Below are positions 49,807 through 58,809 of a stretch of DNA of 64,000 bases, one piece after another (position 1 is the stretch's first letter; every line of letters starts with the position of its first letter). The DNA is from a virus. The position numbers and the translations under genes were made by a program. A model generated the notes under the pieces. The model did no database searches. It had not been told where the DNA came from and was given only the letters and a program-made list of their open reading frames with translations. Location of the stretch: IMG/VR virus record IMGVR_UViG_3300005573_000004, positions 85,962 to 149,961 of that record. One strand, given 5' to 3'.

Positions 49807-49835
49807 ATTATAGCATATTATCATCTATTTGCCAA
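49807..49835 (-). promoter_or_regulatory. Sigma70-type promoter upstream of the IS insertion site
   Basis: TTGGCA-17 nt-TATAAT with extended -10 TG, followed by AAGGAGG. Confidence 0.7.
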
Positions 49836-49836
49836 C

Positions 49837-51492
49837 TCAATTTTTGGAAGTTTGATTTTGCAAAACTGCATCAATAGCTCTACTAATTACTCTAAGTCTT
49901 TGATCTAATGTTGCTCTTCTAAACAATTCAGCTATTTTTTTCTCTTCTTCAAGGTCCCATAAACCAGATTTAGAGTGTAAACTCGTGCAATATTGGTCAA
50001 GTATACGGCTATTATATATATTTCTATTCGGAGCTCCTTTATATCTATCCCAAGCAAGATTAATAACTTTCCAATTTTTTAAATACGTATCACTAATTGT
50101 TAAAGATTCATCTCCTTTATTACGCACATTCTTTACATCCCCTCCACTCATTTCTAAATATTCTAATGTCCTTCTGACGTAAACCTGTATATCATTAAAA
50201 TATAGATCATAGTCAGAAGCAAGATTTACAATTACATCATATGCAGTAGTTTCAGGATACTTGTCAACTTCCAATACTACTGCCTGTAGCCAAGACATCC
50301 CGCCACGTCTTTTATAGATAGGTTGTATTGCATACCATTCAGCATCTTTCTTTAATTCTTCAAATTCAGTTTTCTTCTCATCTGTATTAGCAGGTATTTC
50401 TTTAACTTTCATATTTGATATTTTTTCTTTTATAGTATTTAAATCAATAAAGAACGAATTTCCAGTTTGGCAAGTTCCAAGTTTATAGATAAACTCACCT
50501 GGTAATAAAGTCTCAGCTCCATCCTGGTCTAAAATAACTCTTGAATCCACTGCAGTTCCTACTCTCAATGCTATTCTTGATTCAATATTTGCTTTAATAT
50601 GTCCAGATATAACATCAACTGTAGGTCTTTGAGTCGCTATAATAATGTGTATACCAGCTGCTCTTGCCTTCTGTGCTAACCTAATAACACCGGCATTAAT
50701 TTCATCGGCTAACTTCTTATCAGCAAAAACTATATCAGCATACTCATCTATAACAAGAAACAATCTATTTAACTTCATTTTATTAGCTTGATTATATTCA
50801 TCTATATTGTTATATTTATCAGTTAAATATTCTTTATATCTAATTTCCATTATCTCTACAAGTTGATTTACTACTTCTTTTGCTTCTGTAATTTCTGTTA
50901 CTGGTAAAAAATCTGAAGGCATAAACTTTTCATACATCTTTAATTCTGTCCCTTTAAAATCAATCGGTATTATATGTACTCTATTTGGATTTGCAGAGAT
51001 AATGTTATAAAGAATATTATGCAGCATTCTTGATTTACCTGATCCAGTTACACCAGCAACTATCAAATGTGGATATTTAGTAAAATCGTGAATTATCGGC
51101 TCATTTGCATATACTTCACGTTCTTTACCACCATCTATCACTTTTACTTTTTCAGTTTCAGAAACAATTTCACTCATACCAATTGGAATAGAAAAATTAA
51201 CCGGTTTGGCTAATTCTAACGGCCAGTAATTGGATTCCTTTATTGGGACGGTGATACTAACTAATCTCTTAGTTTTATTGATTGTAACAAGAACTTTCTG
51301 CTTTCCCATATAGAAAGCTATATCTTCAGCTTTCTTTACAAACTCAGAAGGAGAACTTTTAGGATCTACAAAGACTACTACACTGTTTAAACCTTCAATT
51401 TCTTCAGCAAAATTTCCCTTAAGTCCAGTCTTATTCATTGCTTCCTTAAGTAAATTTTTAACTTCATTGATATTGGTACGCATAATATTCAC
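49837..51492 (-). CDS. FtsK/SpoIIIE-family ATPase
   Basis: PHLIVAGVTGSGKS, IDFKG.EL, VIDEYAD, RLAQKARAAGIH.I.ATQRP and DSRVILD..GAE.L motifs. Confidence 0.92.
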   Translation of the reverse strand: MNIMRTNINEVKNLLKEAMNKTGLKGNFAEEIEGLNSVVVFVDPKSSPSEFVKKAEDIAFYMGKQKVLVTINKTKRLVSITVPIKESNYWPLELAKPVNFSIPIGMSEIVSETEKVKVIDGGKEREVYANEPIIHDFTKYPHLIVAGVTGSGKSRMLHNILYNIISANPNRVHIIPIDFKGTELKMYEKFMPSDFLPVTEITEAKEVVNQLVEIMEIRYKEYLTDKYNNIDEYNQANKMKLNRLFLVIDEYADIVFADKKLADEINAGVIRLAQKARAAGIHIIIATQRPTVDVISGHIKANIESRIALRVGTAVDSRVILDQDGAETLLPGEFIYKLGTCQTGNSFFIDLNTIKEKISNMKVKEIPANTDEKKTEFEELKKDAEWYAIQPIYKRRGGMSWLQAVVLEVDKYPETTAYDVIVNLASDYDLYFNDIQVYVRRTLEYLEMSGGDVKNVRNKGDESLTISDTYLKNWKVINLAWDRYKGAPNRNIYNSRILDQYCTSLHSKSGLWDLEEEKKIAELFRRATLDQRLRVISRAIDAVLQNQTSKN

Positions 51493-51516
51493 CTCCTTTT
51501 AAAGATTTTAAAAATA

Positions 51517-52134
51517 TCAAAATCTAATAATAGTAATGCCATGAGAAGCTAAAAACGATCCGATCCAAGATGCAGCAAGAATACCTAACCCAGCTAAAAC
51601 TACTTTTGATATAAAAGTAATTGGTTTTCTTTTAGCCAAAGTTATTTCCCTATCACGTAAAAGTTTATCAGTCGCTGCTAATTTTTCTAAGTCTTTATCT
51701 AATCTGTCTTTTATATACTGTCTTAATTCTGGAATTACTACTGCAAGTTCATCTCTATTTGGCAATCTATGTTTTATTTTGTCAACCCATAGTATATTCA
51801 CTAAGTATGTATATCCTAAACTAAGTGTTCCTCCTTCTTCTGGCAATAAGGTCTTATCCACAGCTAATTTAGCTAAATCATAATAACCATGTACCAAAAG
51901 TCCATATATAAGCAATCCGCCTAATTGGTCTCGCCTTGAATAATGTTCTAATTCTAACGCCCTTTCAAAAGCATAAAAAGTTATAAGTAATTTTTCATCT
52001 GTACTAATATTATCGTTTGCAATAATTGGAGTATAAGCTAAACCTTTCTTTTCTAAATTTAACATATGATGTATGACCTTTTTACGATCTACGTTTTCAT
52101 CTAAATCTTTAGGAATTAATGTTTTAAGATCCAT
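51517..52134 (-). CDS. Membrane-anchored hypothetical protein
   Basis: C-terminal TM segment; AGGAGG RBS. Confidence 0.65.
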   Translation of the reverse strand: MDLKTLIPKDLDENVDRKKVIHHMLNLEKKGLAYTPIIANDNISTDEKLLITFYAFERALELEHYSRRDQLGGLLIYGLLVHGYYDLAKLAVDKTLLPEEGGTLSLGYTYLVNILWVDKIKHRLPNRDELAVVIPELRQYIKDRLDKDLEKLAATDKLLRDREITLAKRKPITFISKVVLAGLGILAASWIGSFLASHGITIIRF

Positions 52135-52148
52135 TTGTATACCTCCTT

Positions 52149-52439
52149 TTAATTTTGTTTTTGTGTTAACTGTTTTGTTTTTTGCTGTGCTAACTGTTGC
52201 GTCCTTTGTTGCACTCGTTGTTGTACTCTTTGTTGCATTTTTTCTTCTGCTATTTCCCTTGCTGATTCCTTTAAATCAGACTGATCAAGCACCGAAGCTA
52301 TAACAAAACTTGGAGCGTGTATAATGAGCCTAATTGTCATTATCATTATGAACATACCAGATGACATGAACGCCCACAAAGCACACCACAGTAAATTAGT
52401 TCCTAAATCTGGAGCAGGGGACCAAAAACCATAATCCAT
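52149..52439 (-). CDS. Small membrane protein with Q-rich tail
   Basis: N-terminal TM segment; QQR(V/T) repeats. Confidence 0.6.
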   Translation of the reverse strand: MDYGFWSPAPDLGTNLLWCALWAFMSSGMFIMIMTIRLIIHAPSFVIASVLDQSDLKESAREIAEEKMQQRVQQRVQQRTQQLAQQKTKQLTQKQN

Positions 52440-52445
52440 ATTAGA

Positions 52446-53051
52446 TCACCTCCTTAGGAGTTTTGAAAAAGCTTCATTACTAAATGTCGTATGCTCTTTT
52501 GTCATATATAATTTAGATGAAAATAGAAACGTACCCGTTCCAAAAAACGCTGCCAAGAGCAATGGTGGAACTGGCATTCCTGAAAGAGCTTCAAGGAAAA
52601 ACCAAATTGGAAACGCAACTGAGAAACTAAGCAATCCTATTATAGCACTGTTTACAAATGCTCTCCAAAGACCATATATCAAAACTCTTAATCTCCTTTC
52701 TGCTATTATAGATCTTAAAGGAAGTTTTGTCAATCTTTCTTTTTCACTCATCGGAACACTCGAATCATTAAGCATAGTCACTAATTCTTGATAAGTCTTA
52801 TCTAGGAAATAAGATTTAAGCATTTGCTTCTCAATTTCAAATACAAGTTTATCATAATCTATCTTTAAAATTTGTGCTACTTGTTCTAACCATTCAGTAT
52901 CAGAATCAACATCCATAGCCTTAAGTTCCGGATACTTTTTAGATAACTCTGCTTTAATATATTCAAAAGCTTCTTCATCCTCTATATCCGTAATAATCTC
53001 CATACAATTGTGATCAAAGATTAATGACAAACCGTTCTTCTTATGAAGCAT
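52446..53051 (-). CDS. Two-TM membrane protein
   Basis: Two C-terminal hydrophobic segments. Confidence 0.65.
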   Translation of the reverse strand: MLHKKNGLSLIFDHNCMEIITDIEDEEAFEYIKAELSKKYPELKAMDVDSDTEWLEQVAQILKIDYDKLVFEIEKQMLKSYFLDKTYQELVTMLNDSSVPMSEKERLTKLPLRSIIAERRLRVLIYGLWRAFVNSAIIGLLSFSVAFPIWFFLEALSGMPVPPLLLAAFFGTGTFLFSSKLYMTKEHTTFSNEAFSKLLRR

Positions 53052-53607
53052 GATGATTCACCTCCTCTTTATTTAAAATTATAACTTGTGTTGGGTCAAA
53101 TAGTGTTATATTTTTTGTATAGGATTGTTCAAAGGTAAATTTGAAATGTAGTTCTTTAACTTCTCTTTGGGTTAGAAGAGCTTCTATATCATCCTTTAAT
53201 TTCTTTATTCCGATTTCTTGATTAAGTGAATATGAAGCTATCCTTTCTGCATCGTTACTATACGTAATATCCAAATCCTTAATGATTTTGTGTAACAATA
53301 TTGGTTTATTAGTGATTACAACTTTAATTTCCATACGATAATCATATAGAATTTTAATTGCCTCTTTTAGATATTTTACTAATATATCAATCATATTTCT
53401 CATAGCAAATATTCTACTATATAAACTAGTTTCTGGATCAAATACTAAATCAACAGTCAGTCGCAATTGAGAAATAACATCAATATATTTGACATCAGCT
53501 TTCTTAAGTAAAGGAATTAGTGAATTGTAAAGTTTATTTTTAAGGCTTTTAATTGAGTCTAAATCAAATACATATCGCATCGGCATTATTTGGTTCATTT
53601 GTATCAC
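53041..53607 (-). CDS. Hypothetical protein, first gene of the FtsK operon
   Basis: AAGGAAGTG RBS region; overlaps the next gene. Confidence 0.6.
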   Translation of the reverse strand: MIQMNQIMPMRYVFDLDSIKSLKNKLYNSLIPLLKKADVKYIDVISQLRLTVDLVFDPETSLYSRIFAMRNMIDILVKYLKEAIKILYDYRMEIKVVITNKPILLHKIIKDLDITYSNDAERIASYSLNQEIGIKKLKDDIEALLTQREVKELHFKFTFEQSYTKNITLFDPTQVIILNKEEVNHHAS

Positions 53608-53671
53608 TTCCTTTCTAAATTCCCTACTATATCATACAATATAATATAGTAAAAATTAATTTTATTTTTTC

Positions 53672-54544
53672 TTAATCCATATCGTTTTCACTTCTAAATC
53701 CTAAGAATACCGGAAATCTTGGAGCTTCTTTTATCCCTGTTGGTTGATACTTATACTTGATGATCTTATTTAAAAACTGTTCTTTATTCTGCCAAATTAG
53801 ATTTCTAATGTTATCGCTTAATCCACTGCCAATTCCAAATTCTATATTAGTTTTTAAATCTCTCACGATTAAAGTTCCCAATGTTCCTGCTGGAACCATT
53901 CCAGATTTCGCTTGACTTCTTTTAGTATGTCCTAACGCATCTTTCTCTGCTTCATTTTCATTATGCATCTTTTCTTCAAAACCAATAATAATTGCTTCCG
54001 CATCTTCAAATCTTTTTAATTTTAAAAGATAACCTTCTTTAGTGGTTGATCTTCCTAATTTGTATGGTCCGTTTCCAGATCTAATCATAACTCCTTCGTA
54101 GCCTGAGGCTAAGCACTCTCTTTCATAGAGTAACAAATCCTCTACTTTATTTATTGTGACAGGTAAAACTTTAACTACAAAATCAGGTAATGATAATGCT
54201 TTTAGATCTTCCATTCTATCTTTATATGGTCGGTCTAACGAATCTTTAACATAATCAAATACATAATATTTAAACTCTGGATGACCTTCTTCACTCATTA
54301 CTTTGCTGGTAGTTTCCTGGAACGAACCGCTAGTCATAAGTTCACCATCCAACCCATCAGGAAGTTGACTAACAAGAGATCTAATATATTGGTTAGGTAT
54401 CTCTTTAAACTTCCTTGATAATACTTTTCCATCTAATTTAAGGCATCTAATTCCATCAAGTTTTGGAGTGCAATAAACTGGATATTGTAATTTGTTTACA
54501 TCCTCAACCTTTCCTGCTAACATCGGTTTACTGACATACTCCAT
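53672..54544 (-). CDS. lig: ATP-dependent DNA ligase (minimal, Chlorella-virus-like)
   Basis: KPMLA, TPKLDGIRC (adenylated Lys), LDGEL, YVFD, EGVMIR, LLKLK and PRFPVF motifs. Confidence 0.93.
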   Translation of the reverse strand: MEYVSKPMLAGKVEDVNKLQYPVYCTPKLDGIRCLKLDGKVLSRKFKEIPNQYIRSLVSQLPDGLDGELMTSGSFQETTSKVMSEEGHPEFKYYVFDYVKDSLDRPYKDRMEDLKALSLPDFVVKVLPVTINKVEDLLLYERECLASGYEGVMIRSGNGPYKLGRSTTKEGYLLKLKRFEDAEAIIIGFEEKMHNENEAEKDALGHTKRSQAKSGMVPAGTLGTLIVRDLKTNIEFGIGSGLSDNIRNLIWQNKEQFLNKIIKYKYQPTGIKEAPRFPVFLGFRSENDMD

Positions 54545-54796
54545 GGGCTAAAACACCGTGGGTTCTAAGGTCGGCACTCCTATTGCCGTTGCCTCTTTAG
54601 GGGTGTCAGTGCTCCCTTTGCACAAATCTCTATTATGTTTTATTTTATATGTTAATATCATTTACCTTTTTGCTCCTTATACTTTATTATACCATATATT
54701 AGATAACAAAGCAAGAAGAAAGTTGCGATTTATTTATTATGCCCAAAATTCATCCCACGCCTTAAAGGGACGGGGCTTTCTTTTTGGCAAAGCATT
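54531..54796 (-). mobile_element. 266-bp non-autonomous IS605-type element with internally deleted tnpB, inserted in codon 9 of the ligase
   Basis: TTAC|AATGC...AAAG-CCCCG hairpin (left end) and GAAC-CCACGG hairpin...TCAG (right end). Removal restores MSTMNTKITKPMLA from RBS+ATG 54822. Confidence 0.85.
54548..54661 (-). pseudogene. 37-aa tnpB remnant (N- and C-terminus fused)
   Basis: MILTYKIKHNRD-LCKGSTDTPKEAT...TLEPTVF, with a promoter TTGCTT-17-TATAAT at 54686-54714. Confidence 0.65.
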
Positions 54797-54912
54797 GTAA
54801 TTTTAGTATTCATTGTACTCATTCTCTTTTACCTCCTTCGTTTACTAATAAGTAAACTAATATAAACAACCACAAAAAAGTAATTAAAAGATAGAAAAAC
54901 ATGATACACCTC

Positions 54913-55374
54913 CTATTTAGCAGATAAAAGTTCCATAGCCGTAACTTCAAATATAACATCTTCTTTTTCTGCAAAATTAATTAAAAATTCTCCAACAGTC
55001 ATAAGCTTATAATCATTGGAAGTATTGCCTTTTTTATCCAGTTTTCTAACAGCAATTTTGTCATCGATTTTCCACGCAGAAATAAAGCTATAATGCGTTG
55101 GTGTAGCTAATGTAAGCACTACAGGAAGATCAGAATCGTACTTGTCATCTAATGCCTTAAGTCTATTTATGAAACCTTTAATTATATAATTTATACTTGA
55201 AATAGAAACCTTTCCAGCCGGAAAAACAATTACGATCTCTATATTGAATGGGTTTCTTTTAGAAATTTTAAATTTATCTATTCTACCTAAACCTTCTCCC
55301 TGATTCTTAAGCCAATTTATTATCTTGATAAACTCTTCTCTTTCCTCTTTTTTTATTTTTGTCATTTTTAGCAC
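54913..55374 (-). CDS. Hypothetical protein
   Basis: AAGGAG RBS; open frame. Confidence 0.55.
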   Translation of the reverse strand: MLKMTKIKKEEREEFIKIINWLKNQGEGLGRIDKFKISKRNPFNIEIVIVFPAGKVSISSINYIIKGFINRLKALDDKYDSDLPVVLTLATPTHYSFISAWKIDDKIAVRKLDKKGNTSNDYKLMTVGEFLINFAEKEDVIFEVTAMELLSAK

Positions 55375-55389
55375 GCTCCTTTCAATTGA

Positions 55390-55914
55390 TTATTCAGCTC
55401 CACATCGTGTTAAAAATTCTATCACATCATTATACTTTCTTCTAATAGCTACTGATAGAGCAGTTTCTCCTTCTTCATTTCTATCATTAATATGAGCTTT
55501 TGCATTAACTAACAATTTTACTATTTCAATATATCCATCACTACTAGCATATATTAACGCAGTATTTCCCCATTTATCTTTGATATTAACTTTTGCATTA
55601 GCATCAAGTAGCAACTTAACTATATTTGTATGCCCAAACTTACTAGCTTTAATCAAAGCAGTTTCACCTATGCCATCAATAAGATCAATATCTGCTCCAG
55701 CATCTATTAACAATTTTGCTATAGTATAGTTTCCCACTATGCAAGCTTCCATTAAAGCAGTTACTCCATATATATTTCTAGCATTAAGATTATTAGGTAA
55801 TGAATCAGCAGTTGTATAGCTCATACCTAATTTTTTTAAAGCCATTAGTCTAGAAAATTTGCTAGCAGTTTCATCATTTAATAGTTTCAATAAATCTTGC
55901 TGATATGGAGTCAT
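55390..55914 (-). CDS. Ankyrin-repeat protein 1 (no signal peptide)
   Basis: GxTAL..A...G...IVKLL..A.A..N repeats. Confidence 0.92.
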   Translation of the reverse strand: MTPYQQDLLKLLNDETASKFSRLMALKKLGMSYTTADSLPNNLNARNIYGVTALMEACIVGNYTIAKLLIDAGADIDLIDGIGETALIKASKFGHTNIVKLLLDANAKVNIKDKWGNTALIYASSDGYIEIVKLLVNAKAHINDRNEEGETALSVAIRRKYNDVIEFLTRCGAE

Positions 55915-55935
55915 ATAGATACCTCCTTTCTAACT

Positions 55936-56667
55936 TTATTCTTTGGCTCCTGCTTTTTTTAAGAGTTCTACTACTGCAGTTCTACCATTTTTACTAGCTT
56001 CCATAAGAGCAGTATCTCTATTGTTATTTCTAGCATTTACATTAGCTCCCGCTTTAATTAGCAGCTCTACTATTTCAGTTTTACCACGTTTACTAGCCAT
56101 CATTAAAGCAGTACCCCCATATATATCTTTAACATTAACATCCGCTCCTGCTTTAATTAATATCTTTACTGTATCAGTATGACCACGATCACTAGCTTCT
56201 AGAAGAGCAGTATCTCCATAGTTGTTTTTAGCATTTATATCAGCTCCAGCTTTCAATAATAATTTTACCACTTCAGTTCTGCCTTTTGCACTAGCACGCA
56301 TTAAAGCAGTTCTTCCATTCATATCTTTAGCATTAACGTCTGCTCCTGCATCTATTAACTTTTTAACTACTTCATATTCCCCAGCATCACTAACAGGCAT
56401 CAAAGCAGTCCATCCATCTATAGTTTGGGCATTAACATCTGCTCCCGCATCTATAAAAACTTTTGCTACATCAGTTTGTAGCCAACCACAAGCATATAGT
56501 AAAGCAGTTTCTCCTCTATAGTCTTGATAATTAATGTCACTTAATATATTAAATCCAGATTTATATTCTGGATATACTTTTGTTATTGCAAATAATCTAG
56601 TATAGATACCAGCAGTTTCGTCTTTTATTAACTTTCTCAATTCATCCATTTGCATATTATAAAACAC
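55936..56667 (-). CDS. Ankyrin-repeat protein 2 (no signal peptide)
   Basis: About 6 ANK repeats; N-terminus related to protein 1 (L.KL..DETA...RL.A). Confidence 0.95.
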   Translation of the reverse strand: MFYNMQMDELRKLIKDETAGIYTRLFAITKVYPEYKSGFNILSDINYQDYRGETALLYACGWLQTDVAKVFIDAGADVNAQTIDGWTALMPVSDAGEYEVVKKLIDAGADVNAKDMNGRTALMRASAKGRTEVVKLLLKAGADINAKNNYGDTALLEASDRGHTDTVKILIKAGADVNVKDIYGGTALMMASKRGKTEIVELLIKAGANVNARNNNRDTALMEASKNGRTAVVELLKKAGAKE

Positions 56668-56678
56668 CTCCTTTCTAT

Positions 56679-57203
56679 TTATTCTTTGGCTCCTGCTTTC
56701 TTTAATAATTCTACTATTTCAGTATTCCCAACTCCACTAGCTTCTATTAAAGCAGTATTTCCATATTTATCTTTAGCATTAACCTTTGCTCCTACTTCTA
56801 TTAATAACTTCACTATTTCAGTATTTCCATGAAGACTAGCCCACATTAAAGCTGTCCTTCCATCTTTATCTTTAGCATTAATATTCGCTCCAGCTTCTAT
56901 TAATAACTTCACTATTTCAGTATGTCCATGAAGACTAGCCCTCATTAAAGCAGTCCATCCCGCTTCATCTTTAACATCTATATCAGCTCCTGCTTTAATT
57001 AATAACTCTACTATTTCAGTATTTCCGTGAAGACTGGCCAGCATTAAAGCAGTATCTCCATATTCACTTTCCTTAGCATTTACATCAGCTCCTGCTTTAA
57101 TTAATATTCTAACTGTTTTCACATCGTCCAATACACTAGCCTTAAATAATTCATTACTTTCCTGTCTAACATCTTTCTTAAATGACTTAGCAGTTTTACT
57201 CAT
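56679..57203 (-). CDS. Ankyrin-repeat protein 3
   Basis: ANK repeats; MSKT...LFKASVL N-cap. Confidence 0.95.
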   Translation of the reverse strand: MSKTAKSFKKDVRQESNELFKASVLDDVKTVRILIKAGADVNAKESEYGDTALMLASLHGNTEIVELLIKAGADIDVKDEAGWTALMRASLHGHTEIVKLLIEAGANINAKDKDGRTALMWASLHGNTEIVKLLIEVGAKVNAKDKYGNTALIEASGVGNTEIVELLKKAGAKE

Positions 57204-57240
57204 AGTTTATTACCTCCTTTTTTATTTTACAAAATTTAAT

Positions 57241-58152
57241 TTATTCTTTGGCTCCTGCTTTCTTTAATAATTTTGCTATTTCAGTATACCCTTTTTCTTT
57301 AGCAAGCATTAAAGCAGTATCATTTACATCCGCTCCAGCATCTACTAACAACTTCACTATTTTAGTTCTACCACGCATACTAGCCCATACTAAAGCAGTA
57401 TTTTCGTATTTATTTTTAGCTTCAATATCCGCTCCTGCTTTTAATAATAATTTTACTACTTTAGTATATCCTTTGTCAATTGCCAGCATCAAAGCAGTTT
57501 CATCTAAAGTATATTCCTTAGCATTAATATCCGCTCCAGCATCTATTAAAAGTTTAACTATCTTATGGTAACCATATTTACTTGCTTTCATTAAAGCAGT
57601 ATCTCCCCATTTATTTTTAGTATTTACTTTAGCTCCTGCTTCCAACAACATTTTAACTACTTCGGTTCTACCTTTTTCGCTAGCCCACACTAATGCTGTT
57701 TCCCCATATAATTGTTCTCTTACGTTTACATCAGCTCCTGCTTCCAACAACACTTTTACTACTTCGGTTCTACCTCTTTCACTTGCCCACAGTAATGCTG
57801 TTTCACTAAAACTATTTTTAGCATTAACATCTGCTCCAGCTTTAATTAATAATTTAACAAGATCAACATATCCCCACAAACTAGCATACATCAATGCTGT
57901 TCCACCAACTTTATCTTTAGCATTAACATTAGCCCCCGCTTTAATTAAAGTTTTAGCAACATTAATACTTCCATTTTTACTAGCCTCTATTAAAGCAGTG
58001 ACACTATTAACATCCTTAGTATTAACATCAATCTTATCCTGCTTAATTAATATCCTAACTGTTTCCACATCGTTCAATACACTAGCCTTAAATAAAGCTT
58101 CCTGTTTAACTTTCTCGTCTAACATCTTTAATAACCCAGTAGTTTTACTCAT
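57241..58152 (-). CDS. Ankyrin-repeat protein 4
   Basis: About 8 ANK repeats; MSKT...LFKASVL N-cap. Confidence 0.95.
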   Translation of the reverse strand: MSKTTGLLKMLDEKVKQEALFKASVLNDVETVRILIKQDKIDVNTKDVNSVTALIEASKNGSINVAKTLIKAGANVNAKDKVGGTALMYASLWGYVDLVKLLIKAGADVNAKNSFSETALLWASERGRTEVVKVLLEAGADVNVREQLYGETALVWASEKGRTEVVKMLLEAGAKVNTKNKWGDTALMKASKYGYHKIVKLLIDAGADINAKEYTLDETALMLAIDKGYTKVVKLLLKAGADIEAKNKYENTALVWASMRGRTKIVKLLVDAGADVNDTALMLAKEKGYTEIAKLLKKAGAKE

Positions 58153-58182
58153 AGTTCTTTACCTCCTTTTTATTTTAGTGAG

Positions 58183-58211
58183 ATTTTACAAAATTTAATT
58201 TATTTTGTCAA
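58183..58211 (-). promoter_or_regulatory. Sigma70 promoter in repeated ankyrin cassette junction
   Basis: TTGACA-17 nt-TAAAAT. Confidence 0.8.
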
Positions 58212-58231
58212 GAGTTATTAGTATTATTCTA

Positions 58232-58780
58232 TTATTTTTTGGCTCCAGCATTTTTCAATAATTCTGCTATTCCAGTATCTCTAGAAAAGAAATTAGCAAG
58301 TACTAAAGCAGTATCTCCATTATTATTTTTAGCATTAATATCTGCTCCTGCATCTAATAATAATTTTACTATTTTAGGATATCCGTTTGCACTAGCTATC
58401 ATTAAAGAAGTATATCCATATCTATCTTTAGCTTCAATATTAGCTCCTGCTTTAATTAACATCTCCACTACTTCAGTATTCCCATTAATACTAGCCAGCA
58501 TCAAAGCAGTTTCTCCTAAAGTATATTCCTTAGCATTTACATCTGCCCCTGCTTTAATTAACAACTCTACTATTCTAGTATGTCCAAATACACTAGCCAG
58601 CATCAAAGCATTCCAACCTGCTTCATCTTTAGCATTTACATCAACCCTTGCTTTAATTAGCAATTCTACTATTTTAGTATTTCCATATCTACTAGCCAAT
58701 ATTAAAGCAGTTCTTCCGTATACTATACTCAATACAAGTAATACTACCACACCTAACAAAACTAATAGCTTCTCAATCAT
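58232..58780 (-). CDS. Ankyrin-repeat protein 5 with N-terminal signal/TM
   Basis: MIEKLLVLLGVVVLLVLSIVYG followed by ANK repeats. Confidence 0.95.
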   Translation of the reverse strand: MIEKLLVLLGVVVLLVLSIVYGRTALILASRYGNTKIVELLIKARVDVNAKDEAGWNALMLASVFGHTRIVELLIKAGADVNAKEYTLGETALMLASINGNTEVVEMLIKAGANIEAKDRYGYTSLMIASANGYPKIVKLLLDAGADINAKNNNGDTALVLANFFSRDTGIAELLKNAGAKK

Positions 58781-58809
58781 AGTTTATTACCTCCTTTTTT
58801 ATTTTATAT

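Noticed and set aside
54531-54796. IStron (group I intron-IS chimera), since the element ends in TCAG and removal restores the ligase frame
   Set aside because: The upstream exon ends in C rather than U, and the 266 bp is accounted for by IS ends, promoter and tnpB remnant; no group I core was seen. RT-PCR would settle it.
54558-54800. 80-aa + strand ORF
   Set aside because: Lies antisense across the mini IS element; no RBS.
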